A DNA stretch of 58,309 bases, counting the filler, from Sphacelaria rigidula (Eukaryota), in NCBI GenBank assembly GCA_964200075.2. It is 10 parts of 10 records of this genome, joined end to end, with 100 filler letters (N's around TTAATTAATTAA, not from the genome) between each part and the next. Parts side by side here need not be neighbours in the genome. Positions count along the whole stretch, not along the records: positions 1 to 5,742 come from CAXNAA020024818.1; positions 5,843 to 11,584 come from CAXNAA020024819.1; 8 more parts are not named here. One strand, 5' to 3'. The position numbers and the translations under genes were made by a program. Shown in pieces: positions 1 through 11,219 of the stretch. Every line of letters starts with the position of its first letter. The first letter of the stretch is position 1. Under the pieces are notes generated by a model. The model had not been told where the DNA came from. It made no database searches and was given only the letters and a program-made list of their open reading frames with translations.

Positions 1-170
1 ATTGGTTGATTGTCGCACTTTAACTGACCTCCCATGGGGTTCAGCCGTGGTCTCATGATGGACGTACCCAAAAAAAACAAAACTGAATCACTCGCTGGAA
101 AAAAAAAAAGAACAGAAAAGAAGGGGAAAAAAAAAAGTCGAACAGAACGACACAGTAAACAGCATCTTGG
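1..170 (-). repeat. Dispersed SINE-like repeat with (TCAA)n tail; further copies at about 830-1010 and 56190-56385
   Basis: Three copies share TCGCACTT..CTGACC.CC..GGG...CGTGG.C.CATG ... AAAAGTCGAACA.ACGACACAGTA; the 830 and 56190 copies end in TCAA-type repeats on the minus strand. Confidence 0.75.
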
Positions 171-244
171 GGAAGGGAAAAGATTCGCGCGCGCCCCCCC
201 TCCTCCCCGTGCAAAAAAACGCCGAACTCGTGAAGGAACCTCAC

Positions 245-442
245 CAATATCTTGAAGAGCAGCGTGGCGTTTCGCTGCGCCTCAACGGACAAGTCATCAT
301 CTCCGGTCACGACCGACAGCCCCTCGCACAGCTCTCGAACGCGCCGGACAACGTACGTTGGGGACATGTCCGACTCGCCGTGATTCCTGATCTGGAACAT
401 CTTCTGGGCGTTCCACACCAGCCGCTTGATGTTCACCGGCAC
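245..442 (-). CDS. RPB1: RPB1 exon (VPVNIKRLVWNAQKMF...EAQRNATLLFKIL)
   Basis: PVNIxRLxxNAQKxF and GDDxLSxEAQxNATLLF motifs; AAG acceptor; GTGAGG donor (an alternative donor 5 nt further is possible). The gene continues beyond the contig. Confidence 0.93.
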
Positions 443-1582
443 CTTCAATCAGTGTCCCCCGCATAGATATACCGGTACCGGGGGACGGGGGACGAAGGGA
501 AACATGAATTAAATGATGTTCGTCTTGTATCGTTCATCATTTATTACAACATTCCGGCACGGTACGGTAGGAAACGTTTTAATGTTTCTCGTCATGGTTT
601 CAACCCCGCGCCCCCGCCTCCGCCCCCGTCCACTACTCACGACCTCACCTCCTCAGGGCGATTACGTGGTCTCAGGCGATTTTTCTACCTTACTCCCTTT
701 ACTCGCCCCCAACTAGACCGCCGACTGTCAATCGTTAGGTCAACACCAACACCAGCACTTGCGCTTGCCCTTCGCCCCCAAAGCTTTCGGACGACAGGAA
801 CCAGATATTGAAAATATATGTAATTTTGCTTGATTGCTCGATTGCTCGATTGCTTGATTGATTCTCGCACTTTAACTGACCCCCCAGGGATCCAGCCGTG
901 GCCACATGATTGACGTACCCGTGAAGAAAAAAAAAAACACTCGCTGAAGAAAAAGAATGGACAGAAAAAGTCGAACAGAACGACACAGTAAACTAAGACG
1001 TGAGAAAAAAGGGGGGAAAATAGACAAGAAGATGTATACATGAAAATATATTGGCTTTCGAATCCACGTAATCCGTGCGAGCTGGACGTCCATAAAACAT
1101 ATACCCGTTCGACCTACGGGGCGCGGAAGCATAACGATGCCAAAGGCAACCAAACCGTCATTACCCCCGAGGTATCACTAAAGGAGACTGGTCTGATCCG
1201 TGGGTCGTTTCATCATGATACTCTCGTGAACACCAACCTACTGCAAACTCTACCGTGACTTCACCAACCCCCTCCCCCGCGAGATGGACTGTACTTCGAA
1301 GGCTGCTTCGTTGAACTATTGTCGTACTGTACCCACCACTTATCCTGTAATGAAGGAAGGGGGGGGGGGGGGGGGGGGCTGGGGAGTAACTAACGGAGGG
1401 GAGGAACCAAATGTGGTACGTGCTNNNNNNNNNNCCCGCGAGTGTAGATCTTTTTTGGGAGGTCTCTTGGCAAATTTTTGGAGACCCTCCCCCCCCCTTT
1501 ACAGTAGGAAGAGGGGGGGGGGGGGGGGGGGGGGGGGCTCGATGGATAACGTACGCATGATATGAACCAAGCTTTACGATAC

Positions 1583-1723
1583 CTGAGCCAGAGGTGTCGC
1601 CCCCTCCTCCGGCCCCCTCGCGGCGAAGATGACGATGAGCTTCTGCTGATCACTCTTCAGCTGCTCGAATTCATCCTGCAGCTCGATTCGGAGAGTCTCG
1701 TCTGTCTTGGCCTCTTCTATCAC
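1583..1723 (-). CDS. RPB1: RPB1 exon (VIEEAKTDETLRIELQDEFEQLKSDQQKLIVIF...ATPLAQ)
   Basis: Not in the ORF track; translated by hand. LxxEFxQLxxDxxxL pattern of the Rpb1 foot region; AAG acceptor, GTATCG donor; 141 nt, in frame with both neighbours. Confidence 0.85.
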
Positions 1724-1939
1724 CTTTTTTTCCCCGCAGCATCACACACACATACACACGAAAACAAGAACAAAATCCAACAGCACAGCGTAGGACATCA
1801 TTGAACGTATGGATCGGAACGAGGACATCATCGCAACGGACCCAACAGCAACAAACGGGAAAGGTAGGACACACAGCTCCTCTCCTTGCAGCGTGACCGT
1901 CGCAGTTTACAAGACAATTCACGCCTAATCATTCTTGAA

Positions 1940-2051
1940 CCTTTTTGGAACCCATTAATGACTTTCGTTTTTGTGAATCGGCATCATTTTCAGTCAAGTC
2001 AAAATGATGCCGATTCACGAAAATAAAAATCGTGTACAGGTTCCGAAAGGG
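1940..2051. mobile_element. piggyBac-like MITE in an RPB1 intron
   Basis: Ends CCTTTTTGGAACC and GGTTCCGAAAGGG followed by TTAA; internal inverted repeat GTGAATCGGCATCATTTT / AAAATGATGCCGATTCAC; related to copies at 8194-8436. Confidence 0.65.
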
Positions 2052-2266
2052 TTAACAAAAAGCGACCCAAGTTGGATCTGATACTCGTTTAACGCTACAG
2101 CAGCAGCAGCAGCAGCAGCAGCGATAGTGCTGGTACAGTTACACACCTCCCTCGTCAGGTACCGGGTCAGAATCATGCCGATTCACAAAAACAAAAATCG
2201 TCAATGGTTTTCAAAAAGGATGACAAAAAGCGACCAAAGTGGAATCTGATCCTCCTTCAACCCTAT

Positions 2267-2314
<48 letters not shown>
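2267..2314. repeat. (CAG)n microsatellite next to an RPB1 donor; shorter copy at about 2098-2122
   Basis: Pure AGC/CAG run visible directly. Confidence 0.95.
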
Positions 2315-2315
<1 letters not shown>

Positions 2316-2331
2316 CTGGTACAGTACGCAC

Positions 2332-2508
2332 CTCTCTCGTCAGGTACCGCTGGTTGCTGATGAAGCTGCTGTAGCCGAACTTGGCAGAGTTGACATCGAT
2401 CTCGTAGGCCTTCTTAAACGCTTCCTTACCGTGCAGCAGGATATCAAACCTTTGCTTCTCGACCCACACGCCGTCCATCCCGTCTTCCCCATACAAAAAT
2501 TGAACCAC
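2332..2508 (-). CDS. RPB1: RPB1 exon (VVQFLYGEDGMDG...RYLTRE)
   Basis: QFxYGEDGMD motif, which follows the bridge helix in Rpb1; CAG/GT boundaries; 177 nt. Confidence 0.96.
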
Positions 2509-2556
2509 CTGTGTATTTTCGGAGGAGGGTAGAATGGAAAGGAGGAGGGGGGCGAG

Positions 2557-3410
2557 GAGTACTCATTTGTTGCTCGACTTGTTCGCCGTAGTCATTTGAC
2601 AATTGATCACGCATCCCTTTCGAGACGAAGCACCGTTACTACTCCTAATCGAGACACCTCCAACATTTCGGCGTCCATGACGTTTCTTCCATGCACTACA
2701 CTAAAACATTTTTGCATATCTTATATCCTTCCTGTTTCGCGGTTTGTGGCAATAATCCCTTCCCTAGTATAGCGATCGGTTTTTCCACATTATACAATGT
2801 ACCAAATGATTCCATGCCTCCTTTGTTTACTCCCCACATTTCCCCCCCTCAACACGTCCCGTTCCTTCTTGCATGGTTCACACTCTCCCACTACATGGGA
2901 AAGCGCGTACTCATGATCGTACATGCTGTTGTCACAAGAACACTCAACTCGCATCCCTACAAAGCAGGGACGGAGCACGCCGGGTTTTCGCCTGACCAGG
3001 CTCGCACTCAATCACCAAGCACGAAGCGCCGTGATGTGCTCGGCGAGTGACATGAAGGGTGAGCTGCATCCTGCTAGGATTGTTCGGCCTAAACCGTACT
3101 AATTATCTTGCATTTGGATGGCAGAGTCCAATGAGCTGCTTCATTTTCTGGTCTCGCCACTTCCAAAGACAGCCACGGCTAACAATGCCTCACGGGTGTC
3201 TCATCACTTCAACACTACGTGGTACCATCATCTCCTTGGCGCGGAGTTGAGGCTCTCCACCCCACACGATATAATATAACTCAACCAGCATCATGGTTAC
3301 CATAAAAAAACGCAAGCGATAATAAAAACGGTAACCTGGTTGCCTAACTCACGCAGTGAGTGCCGCGTTTGACAACATCGTTACCAAATCGACGCCAGCC
3401 CTCAAAAGGG
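2557..3410 (-). mobile_element. 3' fragment of a non-LTR retrotransposon (LINE) in an RPB1 intron; part also at about 52575-52910
   Basis: ORF 2790-3011 has a C-terminal zinc-knuckle-like segment (ECSC...HVVGECEPCKKERD) typical of LINE ORF2 ends; 3078-3410 aligns by eye with 52577-52910. Confidence 0.6.
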
Positions 3411-3996
3411 GGCCGCATGAAGGGGGGGGGTCTAGATAATTTCATGATGGTTCATTATTCACACCCCAGACGGCGTACGAATCTTTACACAAGTAAGAAT
3501 ACCTCATGGGGATTAATTTCGGATCAAGACAAATTGCGTGGAGTTGCACATGGGTTGGGAGCGCATCCGCCTTGATGTTGATGTGGCATGGAGCTCATAT
3601 TAATAGTTATCAGCTCTGTTATTTCCAGAAATCAATCAATAGAGTTTCGGAAAACGCGTTTTTGTCATTTCAGAGTGCATATATCTCAGGATCATAGTGC
3701 AGACTAAAAAAAAGCACGTCATCGGGAAAAAGTGAAGGGGATGCCACATCTGACGGAGGGGGAAGTAATTTTTCGCTAAACTCTGATCCTGATATATTCG
3801 CAGTCTGAGATGACAAAAAAGTGTTTGCCGAAACTCTCCAGTACCGATAAATGAATAAATAAATACATGAATCAATCAACAAAGCAGTCGACCCATCAAT
3901 CGACACATCCGTCCATCAACCAACCAACCAATCAAGTCATCAATCGATCCAGTGAGTCCAACAGTGCTGGCTTGGCTTGGTCTTGGTTTGGCTAAC

Positions 3997-4149
3997 CTGG
4001 TTGTTTTGATTTCGCAGAGTACCGTCGTATTTTCCGCTCACGGCCTCCAAAGCCTTCACCAGCCGCCGCTGGATGTACCCCGTCTCGGCCGTCTTTACAG
4101 CCGTGTCGATCAATCCCTCTCGTCCTCCCATAGCGTGGAAGAAAAACTC
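3997..4149 (-). CDS. RPB1: RPB1 exon encoding the bridge helix ([35 protein letters not shown]...NQNNQ)
   Basis: Near-invariant bridge-helix sequence; CAG/GT boundaries; 153 nt, phase 0/0. Confidence 0.98.
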
Positions 4150-4633
4150 CTGTTCGTATCATCAACGTTATCATGCATTCATCACAATCAATATTTTGTG
4201 ACGTTATCATCCCTTCATCACCACTGATTCATCATCCATCCCCATTACAAATTATCCACCATGCCCTCATGCATTCCTCATGCTGTCATGCATCACCCCC
4301 GCCTCCTCTGATCCACCATGTCGCCATCCAATCATCACAAACCATCTACCCTGCCACCTTCCATACATCATGTCATCATCCAACCAGGCTGATTCGCACA
4401 ATTACAGAGGAATGAAGGAATGGTGGTCGTTCATACAATGGATGATGACGTCATAAGTTTTCATCCCAACAATGCGCAGGCGAGGGAACGGACAACTCTT
4501 AGTGCCGAAGTACCTGGTCCAAATGTTCCCCCTTCTCTACCCTACCATCATGGTATGACACGACAAGAATATGACTACAGCATGGCAACGATTCAAACAT
4601 GACATTGTCGGTGACACCAAAGCAAAATTGTAC

Positions 4634-4699
4634 CTGGGGTGACAAGCCTCGCAAGTACGAGTTTTCCACGAACCCTCGGCTTTCCGGACCCAAGTCATC
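4634..4699 (-). CDS. RPB1: RPB1 exon (DDLGPESRGFVENSYLRGLSPQ)
   Basis: Continues the previous exon in frame; GFVENSYLRGLxP motif; CAG/GT boundaries; 66 nt. Confidence 0.96.
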
Positions 4700-5457
4700 C
4701 TGCGTGGGAAATGACGACACACGGGTTGGGGTACAAGGTTTGAAAAATAAATGAATATAAAAATAAGAACAATAATACGCTGGCCTTCGTAATACACACA
4801 CATAAACAACATGGAGAGAATGCAACGCACGAAAGCCGCACAACGTGATTCGGCTGGGAGAGGAGGGGAAAGGGAGGGGGAGGAGATGAACGTTACATAA
4901 AAAAAAGCAAGACGCGATGATGATGAGAAAAATGAACAACGCATAATATATTACAAAAACAAAACAATTCTTGAAACGGTGGAAAATTCAATAATCCGTA
5001 GAAACGAAACGGGGTATATATATACTGCGTAAATATATACGCACATATATATATATATATATTCCGCGTGAAAGATTAGGTAGTGGAACGAAGTGTGCAA
5101 CGAATACGCAAGGTGAAGGGAGTCATCTCGGGGATCCGCCCCGCACGGCCATTTCCAAGAGAACGGACTACGCAGTGTAATGCGGAGCGTAATGTTTGGT
5201 CAACAACGTGAAACAAAAGATACCACAGCGCTCGCACACACATACACGTCGAGGACACTTCAGTGACCATTTATTCGGTGTGTAAAGAATAAATGAAACT
5301 GAACACGAAAAATAAAACAGGGTTACTCCCTCCCCCCTCCGCCCTCCCCGCGCCTTACAAGGCATGCTTGAACGAAATGAACACACGAAACGTGTAGGGA
5401 AAAAACATGAAACACTCAACAACATATGAAAACATCGACACAGACACAGACACACAC

Positions 5458-5544
5458 CTTAGCGAAGTGCGGTAGAGTTCGCCGCTTGAATCCATACGGG
5501 ATACGCTGCCCCTCAACGTTCTGCTGCCCCACGCACGCCAGAAT
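5458..5544 (-). CDS. RPB1: RNA polymerase II largest subunit, internal exon ([29 protein letters not shown])
   Basis: Translation matches the conserved Rpb1 region ACVGQQxVEGxRIxxGFxxRTLPHF. Flanked by CAG acceptor and GT donor; 87 nt, phase 0/0. Confidence 0.96.
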
Positions 5545-5742
5545 CTGCAAAAAAAAGAGGGGGGGGAGAGGAAAACAAGATCCAATCGCACGCACGCACA
5601 CATCGGACACGAAGGCATCGATCGGGCGTCAGAAAAGACGAGATCGGCGAAAAAATGCAAAAAAAAAAAGGGGGGGCAGCCGACAGGAGAGAGATCGGGG
5701 GGAGAGGAAAGGGGAGGGGAGGGATGAACAAAAGCAGGAAAA

Positions 5743-5842
5743 NNNNNNNNNNNNNNNNNNNNNNNNNNNNNNNNNNNNNNNNNNNNTTAATTAATTAANN
5801 NNNNNNNNNNNNNNNNNNNNNNNNNNNNNNNNNNNNNNNNNN
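5743..5842. other. Artificial contig spacer (N-run with TTAATTAATTAA); repeated at 11585, 17426, 23267, 29108, 34949, 40790, 46630 and 52470
   Basis: Identical 100-bp spacers with stops in all six frames, separating segments of 5742, 5742, 5741 (x5) and 5740 (x3) bp. Confidence 0.98.
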
Positions 5843-5999
5843 CCCTTTTGGGCAATCAGGCCGAAGAAATCGTGGATTTGGTGATTCTTAGTCGTGATGA
5901 TTCGTCCTAACCGTGATAGGGTTTGTCACGGTTCGGACGAATCAGAGTTCATACGGATTGACCCCCATGGATGTTGATTGCGAACGGTGTACCAAAGAG

Positions 6000-6405
6000 T
6001 CATCCTGTATGAAATACGGGTGGTGAAGTTGTACGTTCAAGGTCATACCGCACGAATCACGAACTGGGAATGTGTACATTCCAAGTTGTATCACACGCAT
6101 CGAGAGTACAAAATATATACGAATGACTATTCCTGTATGAGTAATTGATTGGAAACACGTACACTTGACTCATCTCGTATGAATGGAAGGTGGGGAACCT
6201 GCACGTATGATTCATGCCGCATCGATGAAAATGGGAAACGTGTACGCTTGATTCACTTCGTATAGATCGAAGGCGGAGAACATGTACACGTGATTCATGC
6301 TGCGTCGATGGAAGTTGGGAAACATGTACCGATTATTCATGCTGCATGAATCAAGATGAGAAATGCAGTATGTACGCATGATTCATGCCGTATGAATAGA
6401 AGGTT
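6000..6405. repeat. 42-bp minisatellite array, left part
   Basis: Degenerate units of GAATGGAAGGTGGGGAACATGTACGTATGATTCATGCCGCAT. Confidence 0.85.
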
Positions 6406-6517
6406 TCGTACTAGTGTTGTCTGCTGTCCATACAGATTGTACTGTATTACAAGGTTCCCCTTCGGGAGGTTGGTACGGGCCTCCCGGGGGTGACGCAAGT
6501 CGGCAATATATGGCTAA

Positions 6518-6619
6518 CCCTTAGACCGCGGTGCGGGTAATCCATCTGGATCACGCATACTTTTTTCAACTGAAAATTGATGTCGATTCAGTAGGTGACC
6601 TACCCTCGCGGTCTAAGGG
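6518..6619. mobile_element. piggyBac-like MITE
   Basis: Perfect 13-bp TIR CCCTTAGACCGCG / CGCGGTCTAAGGG; flanks CTAA and TTGA are degenerate TTAA. Confidence 0.75.
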
Positions 6620-8193
6620 TTGAGATAGGCTCTTGATTCTCAATGTTCAGCAATGGTCGTTGCTGTACAAAACATCGCATGTGCTATCGGGTGTCGTTCG
6701 TATATATGGGAATTCGGACGGAGGCCGACGGCCGAGCCGCCGGCGTCGGACATGTGTGGTATTTACGAGGTGGCAGAGTGCGTAGCAGCTCTCGTGTAAC
6801 AAAGACATGACAGCGGGAGGCACTCCCGGAAAATTGGAATGCATGGAACATTCTTGGCATCTTCTTTGTACATCACTGTGGCTTCCACATCACAAGGCGT
6901 TTTTTCAAAACACGGTGATTGCTTTTGCGGCAAAGTATTCCTGTGCTGCCGTGCTGCTGTTGTGCCTTGCTCAACTCGCCAACGGCTCATTGCACGGTCT
7001 TGTGTTTGCTAGTGACTAAGGCCAAGGCAATGTTCAACTGTTTCCAACTTCTTGGCTCTCATGTTCTCGTGACATTGGCGGCATAACCGGTGTGTTCGTG
7101 CTCCCAAATGATCGAGAACGCAACGAGGAAAAACACGGGGGAAAAATACCCCGCCAAGAGTAATCCTGTCGGAAGATTTCCATGATCTTGAAAAAGTTTT
7201 TGTGGTTCGGGATCGACACCCCGCGAAAAAGGGCCAGTTCGAGCGACTTCCGGTGGATAAAACACGCGCCCCAGGTATATGATGGCACCCAAACCTGAAC
7301 GGTTATGTACCGCTGAGCCTTCTCGGTTCGCTGAGAGAGAAACACGGGGAAAAAATACCTTACCGCCAGAGAAAACTCGGCAAGAGTGGTGAAAAATGTG
7401 AAATGATTCATAACTGTATTATATGTTTTGTACTGTACTTTCCGCTGACTGCAGTGGGCGCTGCCGGCGAACACGCGGGGACGAACGAGTCTTGCAGTGT
7501 TGGTGCTGTCTGAAGCTCTCTTTGTACTATCATATACGAAGTATATATATATATATATATAGGCCAGCTGTAACGCAGAGCAAAACGTAAAACCGTACAT
7601 ATGCCGTCACTAGCTTGGCTCGGGAAAAAAATCGACTAGAAGGATCGGTGAAGGCACGCGCACGCAGATGTGTGCTGTGGTATGCTGTACCGTATCGTGT
7701 GCGGATTGCGGTGTACGCTACCGGAGGTTTCCCGAAAACTCTCGCGAACATACGTGGACGACTCGTGTCGATGCCGTCTTTTTGCAGGTGTCCATGGTAT
7801 TGAACACAGTATATTCAGATCAACTGTACGACAGGACACAGCATGAAACCATAGTGAGTGGAACCACGGAGGCTGTCAATAGCATAGCTCCGGAAAACAG
7901 GTGACAAGAAGAACCGCCTTGAGCACGCAAACGCGTGTTTCGTACTATATTTGATGCATGTGTTGCGTTAACGCCCAAGTGCAGTATTTCGCACGTCGGA
8001 CAACTAATATCAAATAACTCATTTTCGTACAACCCAGCTGTTGAGACATACTACATAACTCAGCGGTATCTATTTCCACCGGCAGAGATATATTGTATAG
8101 CTCAGCTGTACCATTTTCCACCGGCTGAATTGTACGGTATAACCCAGCGGTACCTTTTTGTAATGGTTGGGTCATATCACAGAACCGAGTTAA

Positions 8194-8436
8194 CCCTTTG
8201 GGAACTAAAGTGCTGATTTCCGTTTTTTTAATCTTTTGTGAATCGGCACCATTTTGACTGGAAAATGACTGAACATGATGCCGATTCACAAAACACAAAA
8301 TCAGCACGCCCTGGAGGTTCAGTTCCCAAAGGGTTTAACCCTTAGACCGCGAGCTTAGTCTTCTGTTGAATCGGCATCAATTTCAAGTGAAAAAAAGTAT
8401 GCATGATCCAGAAAGACTAATCTCGCGGTCGAAGGG
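8194..8436. mobile_element. Two adjacent piggyBac-like MITEs (8194-8333 and 8339-8436) sharing a TTAA site
   Basis: TTAA-CCCTTTGGGAACT...AGTTCCCAAAGGG-T-TTAA-CCCTTAGACCGCGAG...CTCGCGGTCGAAGGG-TTAA. CCC/GGG ends with a TTAA target are characteristic of piggyBac. Confidence 0.8.
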
Positions 8437-8627
8437 TTAACTCATGAGTTGTCCGTCATCTGTAATATTTGCAATTCGATTTATTATTGCGGATTTGGCT
8501 CTCACGAGGTTCGTGATTTTGTTCGCTCTCGCTTGCCTATTCCACCTGCGAAACGGCCGCGCCACAGAAGAGTCCCGACCCATTAAATGACAGGTGGGGA
8601 ACAACACCTTCTTTCAGTAGAGTTTTT

Positions 8628-8939
8628 TACCACTTGGGATCGTGAGAAATTTCTCAGATAGTTCGACTTGATTTTAGTGTGAACAGCGACAAATCCGGAT
8701 CTTTAATGGAGTTATGCTCCAAGCGTGCTCCTAGCTTGCGCAGAACGCGTTTTGGTCGAAATCGGCGCCTGGGGCGCCGATTTAAGGTCTAGCAACGCAC
8801 CCTTTGCCGATGTATCACTCTCCACCCCCTCGCCCGAGGGTTCTCTGTGTGCCTTCGTCGGGGTTAGGGTTAGTGTTGGTGTTACGGTTTGTTCGAAGTT
8901 ATAAGTTTCTGAGGAATTTCTCACCATCCCAAGTGGTGA
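8628..8939. mobile_element. MITE with about 28-bp TIRs and an internal TTAGGG-like motif
   Basis: ACCACTTGGGATCGTGAGAAATTTCTCAG ... CTGAGGAATTTCTCACCATCCCAAGTGGT; internal GGGTTAGGGTTAGTGTTGG. Confidence 0.7.
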
Positions 8940-8974
8940 ACTGACCTCCATTCTTTTGATTTGTGCCATTCGGA

Positions 8975-9360
8975 CAGAGGGTGGAGAACATGCACGTATG
9001 ATGTATGCTGTATAAATGCAAAGCGGGAAACATGCACGTATGACTCACGCTGCATGAATGAAACTTGGAAACCATGGACGCTTGATATACCTCGTATGAA
9101 TGGAAGGTGGGGAACATGTACTAATTATTCATGCCGCGTGGATGGAAGGGGAGAAACATATAATCATGATTTATGGCCCATGTATGGAAGGTGGGGGACG
9201 TCTGCCTATGCTTCGTCCCGCATGAATCGAAATAAGAAAACGTGTACCCATGATCCATACCATACGAATGGAAGGTGGGAAACATGCACCTATGATTCAT
9301 AACGTACGAATGCAAGGTAGGAAACGCGTACATTCGTCAATGTACCGCACGAATCACGAA
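8975..9360. repeat. 42-bp minisatellite array, right part (same family and orientation as 6000-6405)
   Basis: Same consensus; ORF 8961-9302 shows 14-aa periodicity (MNGRWGTCTYDS..). Confidence 0.85.
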
Positions 9361-10375
9361 CCCCCAAAAATGTACGAGTACGAATCACAGCTTGTGTACG
9401 AAGCGTTTGATTGATTCGTACAAATGTTGAACATGAGCCGAATCACGATTTTATTCGTCGGAACCATGTACTTTATGTGGGGATGCTTCATGCAGGCATG
9501 TTATAGATAAGGAAACTTTGATTTAGGCATTTTTATTCAGGGATACTTTGTGTCGGGGATGCATTATGCAGGGATACTTCTTACCCAGGTCGGAGACAAG
9601 AGATCAATTTAAGGCTGACTACTGATTTCTCCGGAAATCTAGCGTCGTTTGTTTTTTCTCTCAGCACTTATGTCGGAGAAGTCGGAAGAAGAAAAATATT
9701 TTTCGAAACATTGTGAAGAAAAAAACTGAAAAAATACCCCGTTAATAAGACCCATTAGAAGTGAGATGAAGAAAACTGTCAAGCGTGGATAGTTTCGTAA
9801 TCCCCAGTCCCCAAATCATGCACAGTGCTGTAGCCACACCGGTTTTTTTTTGTTTTACTTCATCAATGGTGTGTCCCTTGGGGTCATCGGTAGCATCTGG
9901 TGCTCAACGGGTTTATCGTTTGATCGTGAAAGAGTAATCCATTTCCCCCTATGCAATGCCGATGCATACCCCCTCTATGTACAATATCACATTTTTTTAC
10001 ACGAGTGCTTTTTTTTACAGTAAAGATCCCAACTCCTAATCCGTGGTGGTCGGAGGATTAAGAGAGCGCGGTACATGCACACATGATCCTTTCGAGTTTT
10101 TTTTTTTCAAATATATACATATAGACATATTTTCTTCTTTCTTGGCTGTCCCTATTTCCCCCGCCAGAGTAAACAAATCCATGAATCCATATGTTTTTTT
10201 CATTTTCTTTATGATTCTTCTCGATTCCTTGCTCTTCCCCTCCTTTCTTGTCTTCCCCCCCTGCTCCGTCTCGAAAGGGATGCGTGGTCAATGGTCGAAC
10301 GACTAAGTCAAGCAACAAATGAGTACGCCCCCCCCCCTTTCCCCCTATCTTTTTGTTGTAAATTTCGTTCGACAG

Positions 10376-11219
10376 GGTCCGGAAATGGACAGAACTTACG
10401 GGAGATTTATTCGTGAATATTCAGAGGACAAGAAAATCCGAAAACAGACAGATTTTAAGGAGCAGCCAAACTCCGACTACGACATCTACGATTCGGCGAT
10501 CATCCCCGAAGCAGACCAAGAGAAGAGTCGGACGGAGACTTTGTTGTCCGATCGCCTGATTCAGGAGGCACGCTGGTTCAACTGCACCGGTTCCGAACAG
10601 GTGCATATGTGCGACGCGTGTTTTATCCTTGTGTTTGGGATGCTGGCAAGTACCCATGCGTTGCTTGCCTTTACCCTCTTGGGACAGGGCCTCCAGAGCG
10701 ACCAATGAGGCTGGTTAGGAATGACGTGTCTGGCGTCTGCACGAAACAGTGGTGTATCGCTGAAAATCCGCGTATGTTACCGCAGGGTTACGAGGAAGAC
10801 GGAATTTTCATCGAATCTATTGTCAGGTGCAGGGTGCGCATTAGGTGGTGTACATATGATGTAGCAAGCAGTATCGGCCGCGGTAGAGAGCTTTCAACAG
10901 GATGCGGCGACCCCCGAGCCGCTCGCCATTTGTGGCTTTGGATTATGCTTCTGTCCCCATCACCTTGCCACACAGCTCTTTGTGGTCGGGGTTACGTCCA
11001 GTTTAATTCATTCATCTGTACTTACTTATGTTCGTCCTTTTTTGTCCCCCTTCCGTTCCCTTTCTACTTTTTATTTATTTATCATCACCTTTTGTCCACA
11101 CTTTTTTCTGTTCGCTTCCTTGACACCCTCCTCCTCCAACCACACCAGGTATTGGATGTGTTGCGGCTGGCTCCGAACTCCACGGACACTTCCAAGAAGT
11201 TTCTGGAGACCTTTGGAAC
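10376..11219 (+). pseudogene. Candidate spliced gene fragment or pseudogene of unknown function (putative exons 10376-10600, 10688-10826, 11149-11219)
   Basis: Three blocks bounded by pyrimidine-tract CAG and GT. Exon 1 is open only in frame 0 (GPEMDRTYGRF...FNCTGSEQ), and joining it to exon 2 gives a stop after 6 codons. Confidence 0.3.

Noticed and set aside
5787..5798. TTAATTAATTAA as a biological site
   Set aside because: Embedded in N-runs and repeated identically at nine joins; it is an assembly linker.
8961..9302. 14-aa repeat protein ORF (also 57488-57757 and 57889-58176)
   Set aside because: The periodicity comes from underlying mini- and microsatellites; no splice or codon evidence for coding.
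6000..9360. Regularly spaced 42-bp repeats as a CRISPR array
   Set aside because: Whole units are degenerate copies of one another with no unique spacers; eukaryotic context and no cas genes.
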